Origin: Epithemia pelagica | Taxonomy: Eukaryota > Protista > Bacillariophyta | DNA: 64,000 nt | Assembly: GCA_946965045.2 (NCBI GenBank) | Contig: OX337236.1 | Location: forward strand, 2,170,001 to 2,234,000 | Reading direction: 5' to 3' | Notes under the pieces: generated by a model | The model's database searches: none | Told to the model about the DNA's origin: nothing | The model's input: only the letters and a program-made list of their open reading frames with translations | Made by a program: the position numbers and the translations under genes | Shown: in pieces, positions 34,724-47,042 of the stretch | Layout of the letters: every line of letters begins with the position of its first letter | Numbering within the stretch: the first letter of the stretch is position 1

Positions 34724-37700
34724 ATGGAACCAACTACACCGACCACACCAGAGTTCAACCCCAATCAAAGTATATCTGATCAAGAAGTCTTTCATCATAT
34801 TACTCAGGTGTTGTTCAACTTTTCCAAGGAAAGGGTCGATGTACTCGTGAAATGGGTGAAATGGATGCACCATCATGCTTTTGATGATATCCTTAGTATC
34901 ATTGAGCATATGGCGATTGACCCTGAGAAGAACATGGATAGTATGACAAAATACAAGTCAGGAAAACAAATGCACGACCTACATGCCAATACAAGCCAGC
35001 AGATCAAGTTGCTTGCCCATTGGTTCCGACAAACGAGTATCGACATTCAGGGTATACCTTCCAAGGCAACCTGGATGAATCTGACCAAGGCAGAATTTGA
35101 TCTATGGAGGATAAACACTGACTTTTGCTCTGGAAGCCCTATCACTGAACCAGTATCACCTATGAAATCTCCATCCCATTCGACGTCACCCAAATCGTTT
35201 AGTACTACTTCTGCTGCATCACAGTCCCAACTGGACCTAACCGCATTTAAGAAGGGAACCAAGCGTGACGCTATGGCATATGAAACATTCAAGGATGAAC
35301 GATACTACGACACGTTCTGGAGGACTTTCAAGACCACAGCAAAAGCCCAAGGTTTATCTAATGTTCTTGACTTCCGATACAAGCCGCCAACGAATGATAC
35401 GTATGCAACAGAACTTTTCCAAGAGCAACAAATCTTCCTATACTCCGTCCTTGTGCGCATCATCCAGACTGACCAAGGAGGAGCTTATGTTTGCAAACAT
35501 GAGCATGATGAAGATGCACGAGCAGTGTTAGAGAAGCTTCACACATTGCATACGAAGTCAGACTTAGCAAAACGAGAGGTCCTACGATTAACCAATTACA
35601 TCTCCAACCTTCGCCTTGATGATACATGGCGTGGATCATCACGTCAATTCTTGCTTCATTTCCAAGACAAACTACGTTTACTCGATAACCTTGTTGATCT
35701 CTCTGATCGCATACCTGATCACACTAGGATGACGTTTCTTATGCAAGCTGTCGAGAAGGTACCTGACCTTCACAGAGTTAAAATCTTGGACAACGTTGTC
35801 AACACAAAGTCTGGAGCAAAGTCTTTACGTTATCAATCGTACTTCTCCATTTTGATGGACGCAGCATATGACCATGATCAAGTCACGCAATCTTCTGCAA
35901 CTGGTCGTCGTCATAGTGTCAAGCAACACGAGCAACACGAAGCACAACATGATATTGAGGGATCCCTTCAGGAAGACGATACATATCAGATAAACAATAC
36001 CAATGTCCAAGATGACAACACGGCATCTCCAAAAGCCAGTCTTCCTCGTGACCTATGGTTTAAACTTCCTGAGGATGCTTGCAAAATGATTGTTGAGTAT
36101 AACAAGAACGTGCAAGCTTCTACTCCGAGTCCAAGAAAGGTACAGCAACACTCCCTTGACATTGATCCTGAACCTGATCCTGACCCTGGTCAAGATGTTT
36201 TCGATGACCTGGACAACCCCACATATCCGCAGGATGATTCCGATCCAGCCACCCATCTCATCCATCAAGCAATGACGTCAACCGACCTCAATCACCCAGC
36301 TTCTGATTTGTCTAATGTTCTATCCAATGCCGCATCCAAGACGAGTAAGAAAGTTAGTTTCAAACAGAATGAGCACAAGCAGAAGGTCCACATGACTCAA
36401 TATATGTTCTCTCGAAAGTCGACTTATACTGGGAAACAACTCATTGATCGTGGTGCCAATGGTGGTTTAGCCGGAGCTGATATGCGTATCCTTTCCAAGA
36501 CAGGTCGTAACATCACGACTGTGGGAATCGACAACCATGAGCTTACTGGTCTCCCTATTGTCACTTGTGCTGCCAAATTTGAAACTAATGACGGGCTAAT
36601 CGTCGGCATCTTCAACGAATATGCATACTATGGAAAAGGACAGTCTATACATGCGCCTTGTCAATTGGAACATTATGGACTATCTGTGGATGAACGTTCT
36701 GTCAAGGTGGATGGAAAGCAACGTATCACTACCCTTGATGGACGTGCTTTACCTCTATGTATCAAGGATGGACTTGCCTTTATCCACTCATTAGGTATCC
36801 CTTTTGATGATGACATGGACCGATTGCCGCAAGTCATCTTTACTTCGCCATCTACTTGGGACCCCTCTGTTCTTGACCATACTCATTCAGATCCACAGCA
36901 TGATGCTTCTACTACATGGCATCAGGTTGCGACCGATGGCAGTATGGCACGTTATCCATATGACACGTATGGGGAGTACACTGATCGTGTTGTCTGCAAT
37001 CTCAATCTTCTCCTTGACCTTCCTTATGACCACGGACCCGACAACACCACATCTTTCTCTATCTATGCTGATGCTAATGGTGAAGACCCAACCCTTCAAC
37101 ATGCATCTGTCCATCGTCGGAATGTGGAAGAACATGATTGGAAACAATTTCGTCCCTTCTTTGGTTGGCAATCCGAGGAAGTTATTGCCGATACTTTCAA
37201 GCATACTACACGACATGCTAATGTGGTTTTTGACTGTGACACTCTCAAGAAACATTTCAAGGCACGCAACCCTATACTGAATCTACCACGTCGTCATGAA
37301 CCCGTTGCTACCGATTCGATCTTTTCTGATACACCTGCTGTTGATCATGGTGGAAAGGTGGCTCAAATTTTTGTAGGCCGCGATACTCTTGTCACTGATA
37401 TTTACGGTATCAAGTCTACCAAGCAATTTGTGAACACTCTTCAAGACAATATACGCATGCGAGGTGTTATGGAGACACTCATTAGTGATGGGGGTTCATC
37501 TCTCATTTCCCATAAGGTTAAGGATATCCTTCGCACCTTGCTCATCGGGGAGTATCGCTCTGAACCATACCACCAGCATCAGAACAAAGCCGAGAATCGT
37601 TATCAGACCGTTAAACGAATGACGAACGCTATCATGAATGCAACTGGATGCCCGGCCAATGTTTGGTTACTTTGCCTTGAATATGTCTGTGACTTATTGA

Positions 37701-40167
37701 ATCATTCTTCTTCACATGCACACTATGGACGTACTCCTATTGAGGCTCTCACCGGTCACCCTCCCGACATTTCGCACCTCCTGTTCTTTCCCTTCTGGGA
37801 TGAAGTCTACTATCGTGTTGACCCCTCCGAACCGTCGTCTGGTCCCTACCCTTCTTTGACCGATGAGAAACTTGGCCATTGGGTTGGTTTTGTTCACAAC
37901 GTTGGTGATGCTTTTACATGGAAGATTTTGTCTGCTGACAACCATATCCTCTACCGTTCCGCTGTTCGCCGTGTCGCTTCCACTACACCCAACCTTCGTG
38001 TGGATTGACCTTCAGGGGAGACATCTCCGAAAGATGACACAGATAAGCAGGCTGACACTGTCTTCATTCGCAGTAAAAGTGAAGATCCATCCAAACCAAT
38101 GCCTACAATCGATTACGAAGACATGATAGGACGAACTTTCCTATGCGACACTGAAGAAAATGGGGAGCGTCATCGAGCACGCGTTGTCAAACGAGTTGTA
38201 GATCTTAATGAAGAATTACTCAAGCAAGAAGAACGCATCAAGTACATCTACCGCAAGACAAATTCTGACGTTGATGAAATGATCTCTTATAACCAGTTGA
38301 TGGAGTATATTGAGAGGGACAATCAAGCGCAGACCTCGGGAGATAATTTGTTCCGTTTCAGGGATGTTATTGCACATCAAGGCCCACTGTCTTCAACCGA
38401 CCCGGATTATAAGGGGAGTAAGTATAACTTGCTTGTGGATTGGGAAACTGGGGAGACAACCTATGAACCACTCTCCCTTATTGCCAACAACGACCCAATC
38501 ACCGTTGCCATATATGGAAAGAAGCATGGGCTCCTCAACGAACCAGGATGGAAACACCTGAAACGCTACGTCAAGACGAGTAAACGCCTGATACGTACTG
38601 CAAAACAATCAAGGATCAAACAAGTACGTCGATCAGTCAAGTATAAGTTTGGATTCCAAGTCCCTCGAGATTACGCCGAGGCTGTCAATCTTGACAAACA
38701 AAATGGTACCACAAGGTGGCAAGACGCAACTGAATTGGAACTGTCTCAGATACAATCATATGAGACATTCAAGGACCATGGGAAGGCCATCTTCACAAAT
38801 GGCAAGGTATCAAATGCACCTGAGGGATATCAAAAGATTCGAGTGCATCTCGTTTTTGATGTGAAACATGATGGTAGGCACGACTTGTTGCAGATGGACA
38901 CTTGACGAAGGAACCTGTGGAAACGATCTACTCTGGAGTTGTTTCTATTCGCAACCTACGAATTGCTTTATTCCTTGGATCTCTGAACGATCTAGAAGTA
39001 TGGGGAGCAGACATTGGGAATGCGTATCTTGAAGCATTGACTGGGGAGAAGTTATATATTGTGGCAGGACCCGAGTTCAAGGAGCTAGAAGGTCACATCC
39101 TCATCATCTACAAGGCCCTCTATGGTCTCAAATCTTCAGGCGCACGATGGCATGATGTCCTTTTTGACGTCCTCACCAATATGGGTTTCTCACCAAGCAA
39201 GGCAGATCCTGACATTTGGATGAGAAAAGCACCTGGGGAGGATTGCTACGAATACAAGAAGGCTAAAACCCCTCTCATTGCTGGTGATCACCCGGAATTG
39301 GACGACACCGAACTCCTTGATGAAGAAGGTACACAGCACTTCCAGACCTTGATTGGACAGCTTCAGTGGGTGATTACAATTGGTTGCTTTGATGTTTTTA
39401 CTGCTACGATGACCCTTTCCAGGTTCCGCGCAGCTCCAAGACAGGGACATCTCAACAGAGCTAAACGTATCTATGGATACCTTTTCAATCTTTCTGATGG
39501 TGCAATCAGATTCCGAATCGGAGAGCCCAATTTCTCAAGCATTCCAAGTCAAGACTTTGATTGGAGTCGTACGGTCTATTCAGATGCCAAGGAATACATC
39601 CCTCATGATTGCCCAGAACCACTTGGACGATATGTGACGACAACGCACTTTGTTGATGCTAACCTTATGCACGACATGATCACAGGAAAGTCTGTAACAG
39701 CCATCCTGCATCTCTTGAATGGGACACCAATTGATTGGTACAGCAAACGACAGAGCACTGTGGAAACGGCATCATATGGATCAGAATTTGTGGCAGCAAG
39801 GACAGCAGTCGACCAAATCACTGAATTACGGCATTCACTTCGTTACCTTGGAGTACCAATCAGGGATCGCAGTTATCTGTTTGGAGACAATCGATCTGTG
39901 GTTGTTAACGCAACAATGCCTCATTCTATCTTGTCCAAGAGACATCATCTCCTTTCATATCACCGGGTACGAGAAGCGATAGCAGCGCAATACATTGCAT
40001 TCTATTGGAAGGATGGGAAGACCAACCCTGCCGACATCCTCAGCAAGCATTGGGAGTTTGCAACTTTTTGGCCTCTACTCAAGCCCCTATTGTTTTCGAG
40101 AGGAGAAGTTCAAGATCTCTACGAATCCAGCGATGACAAGGCTGAACCAACGAGCTGTGGGGAGTAG
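34724..40167 (+). pseudogene. Copia gag-pol polyprotein with three inactivating lesions
   Basis: Protease LIDRGANGG, integrase SDGG...HQNKAE, RT ADIGNAYL/ALYGLKSSG, RNaseH VDAN/YGSEF/GDN. In-frame TGA at 38006-38008; frameshifting microdeletion at HDGRH (~38880); the YVDD-containing RT segment is deleted at DCYEY|KKAKTP (~39254). Confidence 0.93.
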
Positions 40168-40641
40168 TAGAACTCTCACCGAAAATCATCGGTTAGGTTC
40201 GGCACCTCATCGGTTAGTCGAGTCCCGTGGCTTCAAACATCACCTACATCACCTACATCCACACTTCATACCTAGCTTTGCGCTAGCTCAACATATATTT
40301 CGGTCGCATATACCAAAAAGTGAGAACAGATTGACGAACGTGCTATCAAGAATCAACTTTGGTCTTGATATCCCATCAACGGACGATCATCCGTTGAACA
40401 TCCGAGCCTGACCTGTGCCCTAAGCGTGCGCGCCCAAATTCGTCAAGACGCGCGCAAGAACTATCCGAGCGTTGCGACCATGTATCCGACCCAACGGTCT
40501 AAGTACACAAGGCACGAATCACGATCACGCGAGACCATATCATCGTTCCCACTATTTCAAGATTGCAAACAAGGACGCGCCAACAAAACTACATATACCA
40601 ACTTTAGCCAAGAATCGTTGAGGCTGTATTTGATATACAAG
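40165..40641 (+). repeat. 3' LTR of element 1, left part (continues at 46754-47042)
   Basis: Homology to the 5' LTR stops at GATATACAAG and resumes after the duplicated ACAAG. Confidence 0.95.
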
Positions 40642-43600
40642 TAGTAGAGATTCATCAATACACGCTCTAGAAGAGCCACAATCGATTACCAACTGATATC
40701 AAGGTTCTCCACGGGTCAGAGAACAAAGGAAACCCAAGGGTTCTATCGTAGGGATAGTCAGGACACTGAAGACGTGATGATATGGTAATGTTAATGATTG
40801 TGAGCTTTAGGACTACGGTGTGTGTGTGGGTGTGCAGGTCTGGTCAGGGTGCATGACTGATATATTCATGGCGCTGACAGGACTGGTATGGTTGGAGTAG
40901 ACATGGATATTGTGTATTGGAAGTATATGCACTTGTATATCATATACCAATGCCAACAGCTCTTGCTTTGTCATGATATAGGTAGTTTCCTTGGCGCGTT
41001 GCTGTTTGCATTCTTTGATTTGTGGGAATAGAGATATGGTCTCGCGTGATCGTGATTCGTGCTTCGGTTACTTAGGCCGTTGGGCTAAGTTGTGGAGGTG
41101 CGTACTTGGATATTGATTGCGCGCCCTTGAGAATAATGGGCGCGCACGTGTTGGGCCATAATTAATATCCGATCGGTGGCTCATAACGCGTGCATTGCGA
41201 GCATGCCTTGGCCGAAATTAAAAGGTCTGCGAGCATGCCGTCATTCTTTTCTCACTTTTACGAGAATGTCATCGGATGCCATAAAATACTAGCATCAGTC
41301 GATGAGTTGTAGATTCCACCACAACCTAGTTGTTGGTGAGAATTCTGCCACTCCCCACAATTCGTCGAGTGAGGATTGTTATTTTCCTTTGTCGTTCTTG
41401 TGATTGTTTCCATTCCAGAAGAAGAAGAAGGTCTTGAACATCGTCTAGCATGTGGAGAATTTCCAATGTTTGCCGAGAACATCTTCTGGATTGGTGTATA
41501 AAAACGTCTGAGGCAGTTGATAATAAATCCATCATTCTTGAGTGTAAAGTTGTTGCAGATACCTTCAGAGCTCTTCTCCCCGGGTGCTTTCTTCATCCAA
41601 ACATTGGGAATTGCTTTACTTGGAGACAAATCCATATCAAGAAAGACATCAAATAAACAGTCATGTTGACGTTCTCCTGAAGAATCGAATCCATTTGAGG
41701 TCTTGTAGTAGGTAACCAAGGTGTGACATAATTCCTTGAGTTCTTGTCTTGCGACTATCAAGGTCTTCTCCCCAGCTAAAGCTTTCAGGTTGCATGCATT
41801 TCCAATGTATGCTCTCCATATATCCATATCATTGAGAGGCCCAAGGTAGATGGTAGTATGGAAGTTGCAAAAGGAAATAGCACATGGACAGATTGCCTCA
41901 ACTGGTTCTTTGGTAAAATGTTCACACGTGACGAGAAGTGCCTTGCATCTATCATCATGTTTCACACGATAGACTTGAATCTTGTTGTGATACTCTTCTT
42001 GTGCATCTAACATTTTCCCAAGATGGACTTGAACTTGATCATGATCCTTCAATGTCTTGAGTGATTGAATCTGTGAGGGTCCAAAATCGGTAGTGTCTTG
42101 CCACTTGTTTTTGCCATGTTGCTTGTCTAAAACAATTGCTTCTTTGTGTGTCTGTGGAACGTGTGGGTAACCAAACTTGTACTTGACAAAAAGACTCAGT
42201 TGCTTGATTCTTGACTGCTGTTTAGCAGCTTGAATGAGGCATTCACTGATCTTGACAAAATGCTTGAAATGCTTCCATCCAAGTTCATTCAGTAGGTCAT
42301 GTTTCTTGCCATAGACAATGGTTATGGTGGGTGTTGGAGGCTCAAAGATCATCTCCCTAGTCTCCCAATCAACAAGTACATTCCAGCGACTTCCTTTGTA
42401 GTCAGGGATGTTGTTACTGCTCGAAGGTCCTTGATGTATGACAACATCTCTGAATTGGAAAACAACATCTTCAGTTGCCTGTTCCTGGTTGTCCTGTCCA
42501 TTGTATTCCACAAGTTGACTACATGAGATCACCTTCTTGTCAATATTGGAATTGTGTTTGCAGAAAATGTACTTCTTGATACATGCTTCTTGCTTGAAAG
42601 CGTCTTGTTCTAAATTGACGTGTTGGATTATACATGCTTGTTGTTGCTCCCCATTTCCCTCTGCTGGTTTGTAAGGAAACGCTTGTCCAAAAATTTTGTC
42701 GCAGTTCTTCATCGTAGGCATTTGTGCGGATGGATCTTCACCTTTGCTACAAATGAAAACGGTGTCAGCTTGCTTGTCATTGGGTTTATTTGGAAGTGAC
42801 TCCTCCCCTGAAGAGGCATCCGGACAAAGATAGGGTGCATAAGATTCGGTACAGGAGAAGACCTTGTCGCAGAGAAGGAAGAAAAGGGGTTGGGAAAAAT
42901 TGGGTGGGCGACCATTGAGGATCTGAAGAGGAAGATGACCAGAAACGTTTATGATGACATAAGGCATCTTCTTAACGGTAGGATAACGCTTCTCAGTCCT
43001 CATGTTGTGATCTTGATGGTTCAGTTTGGAACAAGAGTCTCCAATAAGGGGTGAGGAGAAGGAAGGTGTATCAGGTCCATGATCGTAAGGTAAATCCAAA
43101 AGGTGAGTGAGGTTACAGACATCACGATCAGTGTACTCCCCATAATTGTCATTGTCATATGGGTGATGCGTCATACTACCATCAGTGTTGACTTGTTGCC
43201 AGTTAGAAGCACTGTCAGGTGATGAGGCAGGATGCAAATGATCTAAAACACCAGGATCCCAGATGTCAGGTGACGTGAAGATGATTTGGGGTAATGTGTC
43301 CATGTCATCATCACTGGGGATACCAAGGGAGTGGATGTATGATAATCCATTTTTGCTGTGAAGAGGGATAGCACGTCCACCAAGTATAGTGATGCATTGT
43401 TTGCCATCAACTTTAGCAGATCTGTCCATGTCGTCATCAGAAGGAACACCCAAATACTGAATATAGGCAAGACCATCCTTGATACAGAGAGGTAAAGCAC
43501 GTCCATCAAGAGTAGTGATGCGTTGCTTCCCATCCACCGTGACAGAACGTTCATCCACAGATAGTCCATAATGTTCTAATTGGCAAGGCGCATGTATAGA

Positions 43601-46600
43601 CTGTCCTTTTCCATAGTATGCATATTCGTTGAAGATGCCGACGATTGGCCCGTCATTAGTTTCAAATTTGGCAGCACAAGTGACAATAGGAAGACCAGTA
43701 AGCTCATGGTTGTCGATTCCCACAGTCGTGATGTTACGACCTGTCTTGGAAAGGATACGCATATCAGCTCCGGCTAAACCACCATTGGCACCGCAATCGA
43801 TGAGTTGATTCCCAGTATAGGTTGACTTTCGAGAGAACATGTACTGAGCCATGTGGAGCTTCTGCTTGTGCTCTTTCTGTTTGAAACTAACCTTCTTAAA
43901 GGATGCGGCATTGGATAGAACATTAGACAAATCAGAAGCTGGATGATTGAGGTCGGTTGACGTCATTGCTTGATGGATGAGATGGGTGGCTGGATCGGAA
44001 TCATCCTGCGGATATGTGAGGTTGTCCAGGTCGTCGAAAACATCTTGACCAGGGTCAGGATCAGGTTCAGGATCAACGTCAAGGGAGTGTTGCTGTACGT
44101 TTCTTGAACTTGGAGTAGGAGCTTGCACGTTCTTGTTATACTCAACAATCACCTTGCGAGCATCCTCAGGAAGTTTAAACCATAGGTCACGAGGAAGACT
44201 GGCTTTTGGAGATGCCGTGTTATCATCTTGGACATTGGTATTGTTTATCTGATATGCATCGTCTTCCTGAAGGGATCCCTCAATATCATGTTGTGTTTTG
44301 TGTTGCTCGTGTTGCTTGACACTATGACGACGACCAGTTGCAGAAGATTGCGTGACTTGATCATGGTCATATGCTGCGTCCATCAAAATGGAGAAGTACG
44401 ATTGATAACGTAAAGACTTTGCTCCAGACTTTGTGTTGACAACGTTGTCCAAGATTTTAACTCTGTGAAGGTCAGGTACCTTCTCGACAGCTTGCATAAG
44501 AAACGTCATCCTAGTGTGATCAGGTATGCGATCAGAGAGATCAACAAGGTTATCGAGTAAACGTAGTTTGTCTTGGAAATGAAGCAAGAATTGACGTGAT
44601 GATCCACGCCATGTATCATCAAGGCGAAGGTTGGAGATGTAATTGGTTAATCGTAGGACCTCTCGTTTTGCTAAGTCTGACTTCGTATGCAATGTGTGAA
44701 GCTTCTCTAACACTGCTCGTGCATCTTCATCATGCTCATGTTTGCAAACATAAGCTCCTCCTTGGTCAGTCTGGATGATGCGCACAAGGATGGAGTATAG
44801 GAAGATCTGTTGCTCTTGGAAAAGTTCTGTTGCATACGTATCATTTGTCGGCGGCTTGTATCGGAAGTCAAGAACATGAGATAAACCTTGGGCTTTTGCT
44901 GTGGTCTTGAAAGTCCTCCAGAACGTGTCGTAGTATCGTTCATCCTTGAATGTTTCATATGCCATAGCGTCACGCTTGGTTCCCTTCTTGAATGCGGTTA
45001 GGTCCAGTTGGGACTGTGATGCAGCAGAAGTAGTACTAAACGATTTGGGTGACGTCGAATGGGATGGAGGCTTCTGCCTTGGTCAGATTAATCCAGGTTG
45101 CCTTGGAAGGGATACTCTGGATATCGGTGCTCTTTTGTCGGTACCAGTAGGCAAGCAACTTTATCTGATGGCTTGTGTTGATATGTAGGTCATGCATTTG
45201 TTTTCCTGACTTGTACTTGACCATATTATCCATATTCTTCTCTGGGTCATCCGCCATATGTTCGATGATACTGAGTATATCATCAAAAGCATGATGATGC
45301 ATCCATTTCGTGAGTACATCAACCCTTTTCTTGGAAAAGTTGAACAACACCTGAGTAATATGATCAAAGACTTCTTGATCAGATATACTTTGATTGGGGT
45401 GGAACTCTGGTGTGGTCGATGTAGTCGGTTCCATGATTGCTCGACTTGGTGATGAGATATGTTGATATGTGTCCTGCGATGTCTTAGTCTAAAACTTTAG
45501 TAATGTCTTGTGCTTCGTGATGAGAACCCGGATGCGAAAGTCTCAACCCGGATGTGTGGTGTGCCTTCTGAACCCGGATGTGCCACGTGTGTGCCACGTA
45601 TGAAGTACCCGGATGTGTGTTGTGATGTCCAAAAGGTAACCCGGATGTGCGGAACTTGGTTTTGTCTCCGGTTTGGTGTGAAAACTACTTAAAGTTACTT
45701 ATTCTTGGTCACTTCCAGACTCGTTGCGGTGATCGAGTTGAACCGGAGATTCAGTAACAGAAGGCGGCTTCTTCGTCGTACTCGTAGTAGTCCTCAACAA
45801 AAGTGGTTCACTCGGATGAGTATTGGGAAGGTAGTTGTACGGAGTCCAGGTGCAGCTTGAGGTCCTGGAATAGGAGAGGGTCGGTGACCCTAGCCTTAGC
45901 CAGGCTGGCCCTGTTGATGGGTTGAGTAGCTTTGTCCTCTAACTCTTGTTGTTGTGGTAGCTCAATCTGTAACGGGTGTTGATGGGTAAGTAAGGTTTCA
46001 ATTGCAACTGCAGGGAAATAAGCAGTGAGACTGTTAATCTAGTAGAGATTCATCAATACACGCTCTAGAAGAGCCACAATCGATTACCAGCTGATACCAA
46101 GGTTCTCCACGGGTCAGAGAACAAAGGAAACCCAAGGGTTCTATCGTAGGGATAGTCAGGACACTGAAGACGTGATGATATGGTAATGTTAATGATTGTG
46201 AGCTTTAGGACTACGGTGTGTGTGTGGGTGTGCAGGTCTGGTCAGGGTGCATGACTGATATATTCATGGCGCTGACAGGACTGGTATGGTTGGAGTAGAC
46301 ATGGATATTGTGTATTGGAAGTATATGCACTTGTATATCATATACCAATGCCAACAGCTCTTGCTTTGTCATGATGTAGGTAGTTTCCTTGGCGCGTTGC
46401 TGTTTGCATTCTTTGATTTGTGGGAATAGAGATATGGTCTCGCGTGATCGTGATTCGTGCTTCGGTTACTTAGGCCGTTGGGCTAAGTTGTGGAGGTGCG
46501 TACTCGGATATTGATTGCGCGCCCTTGAGAATAATGGGCGCGCACGTGTTGGGCCATAATTAATATCCGATCGGTGGCTCATAACGCGTGCATTGCGAGC

Positions 46601-46748
46601 ATGCCTTGGCCGAAATTAAAAGGTCTGCGAGCATGCTGTCATTCTTTTCTCACTTTTACGAGAATGTCATCGGATGCCATAAAATACTAGCATCAGTCGA
46701 TGAGTTGTAGATTCCACCACAACCTAGTTGTTGGTGAGAATTCTGCCA
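40642..46748 (-). mobile_element. Copia element 2, non-autonomous and chimeric, inserted antisense in the 3' LTR of element 1
   Basis: TSD ACAAG (40637-40641; 46749-46753); 709-bp LTRs at 46040-46748 and 40642-41350 (5 transitions apart); PBS 46025-46039; PPT 41351-41358; termini TGGCAGA...TCTACTA. Confidence 0.96.
41258..45434 (-). pseudogene. Gag-protease plus decayed pol of element 2: N-terminal gag ORF 45434-45036 frameshifted by a ~71-nt deletion, then a 1235-aa open frame (44965-41258)
   Basis: Gag/PR nearly identical to element 1; a post-protease segment is duplicated; most of the integrase is deleted; RT is heavily diverged and truncated with no YVDD or RNase H. Confidence 0.88.
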
Positions 46749-46753
46749 ACAAG

Positions 46754-47042
46754 CACATATACATGTTATATACCTCACATACATCAACTCCAACCATTCC
46801 AGTCCTATCACCGCCAAGAACCTATTTCACACGATCGACAACAAGAATGGAAACCTCACACACCAAACCTAGTAGTAAGCTCACAATCATTAACATTACC
46901 ATATCATCACGTCTTCAGTGTCCTGACTATCCCTACGATAGAGCCCTTGGGTTTCCTTTGTTCTCTGACCCGTGGAGAACCTTGGTATCAGTTGGTAATC
47001 GATTGTGGCTCTTCTAGAGCGTGTATTGATGAATCTCTACTA
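46754..47042 (+). repeat. 3' LTR of element 1, right part
   Basis: Identical to the end of the 5' LTR and followed by the TSD TCCAC. Confidence 0.95.

Larger units (their letters stand above)
33137..47042 (+). mobile_element. Ty1/Copia LTR retrotransposon (CoDi-like), element 1, defective; 3' LTR interrupted by element 2
   Basis: 5-bp TSD TCCAC (33132-33136; 47043-47047); LTRs TAGTAGA...TCTACTA; gag-PR-IN-RT-RH order; PBS 33930-33944; PPT GTGGGGAG 40157-40164. Confidence 0.97.

Noticed and set aside
40642-46748. Nested element has more LTR divergence (5/709) than its older host (2/766)
   Set aside because: Counts are too small to be significant; transitions from methylation or RT errors explain it. 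Only a caution for LTR dating.
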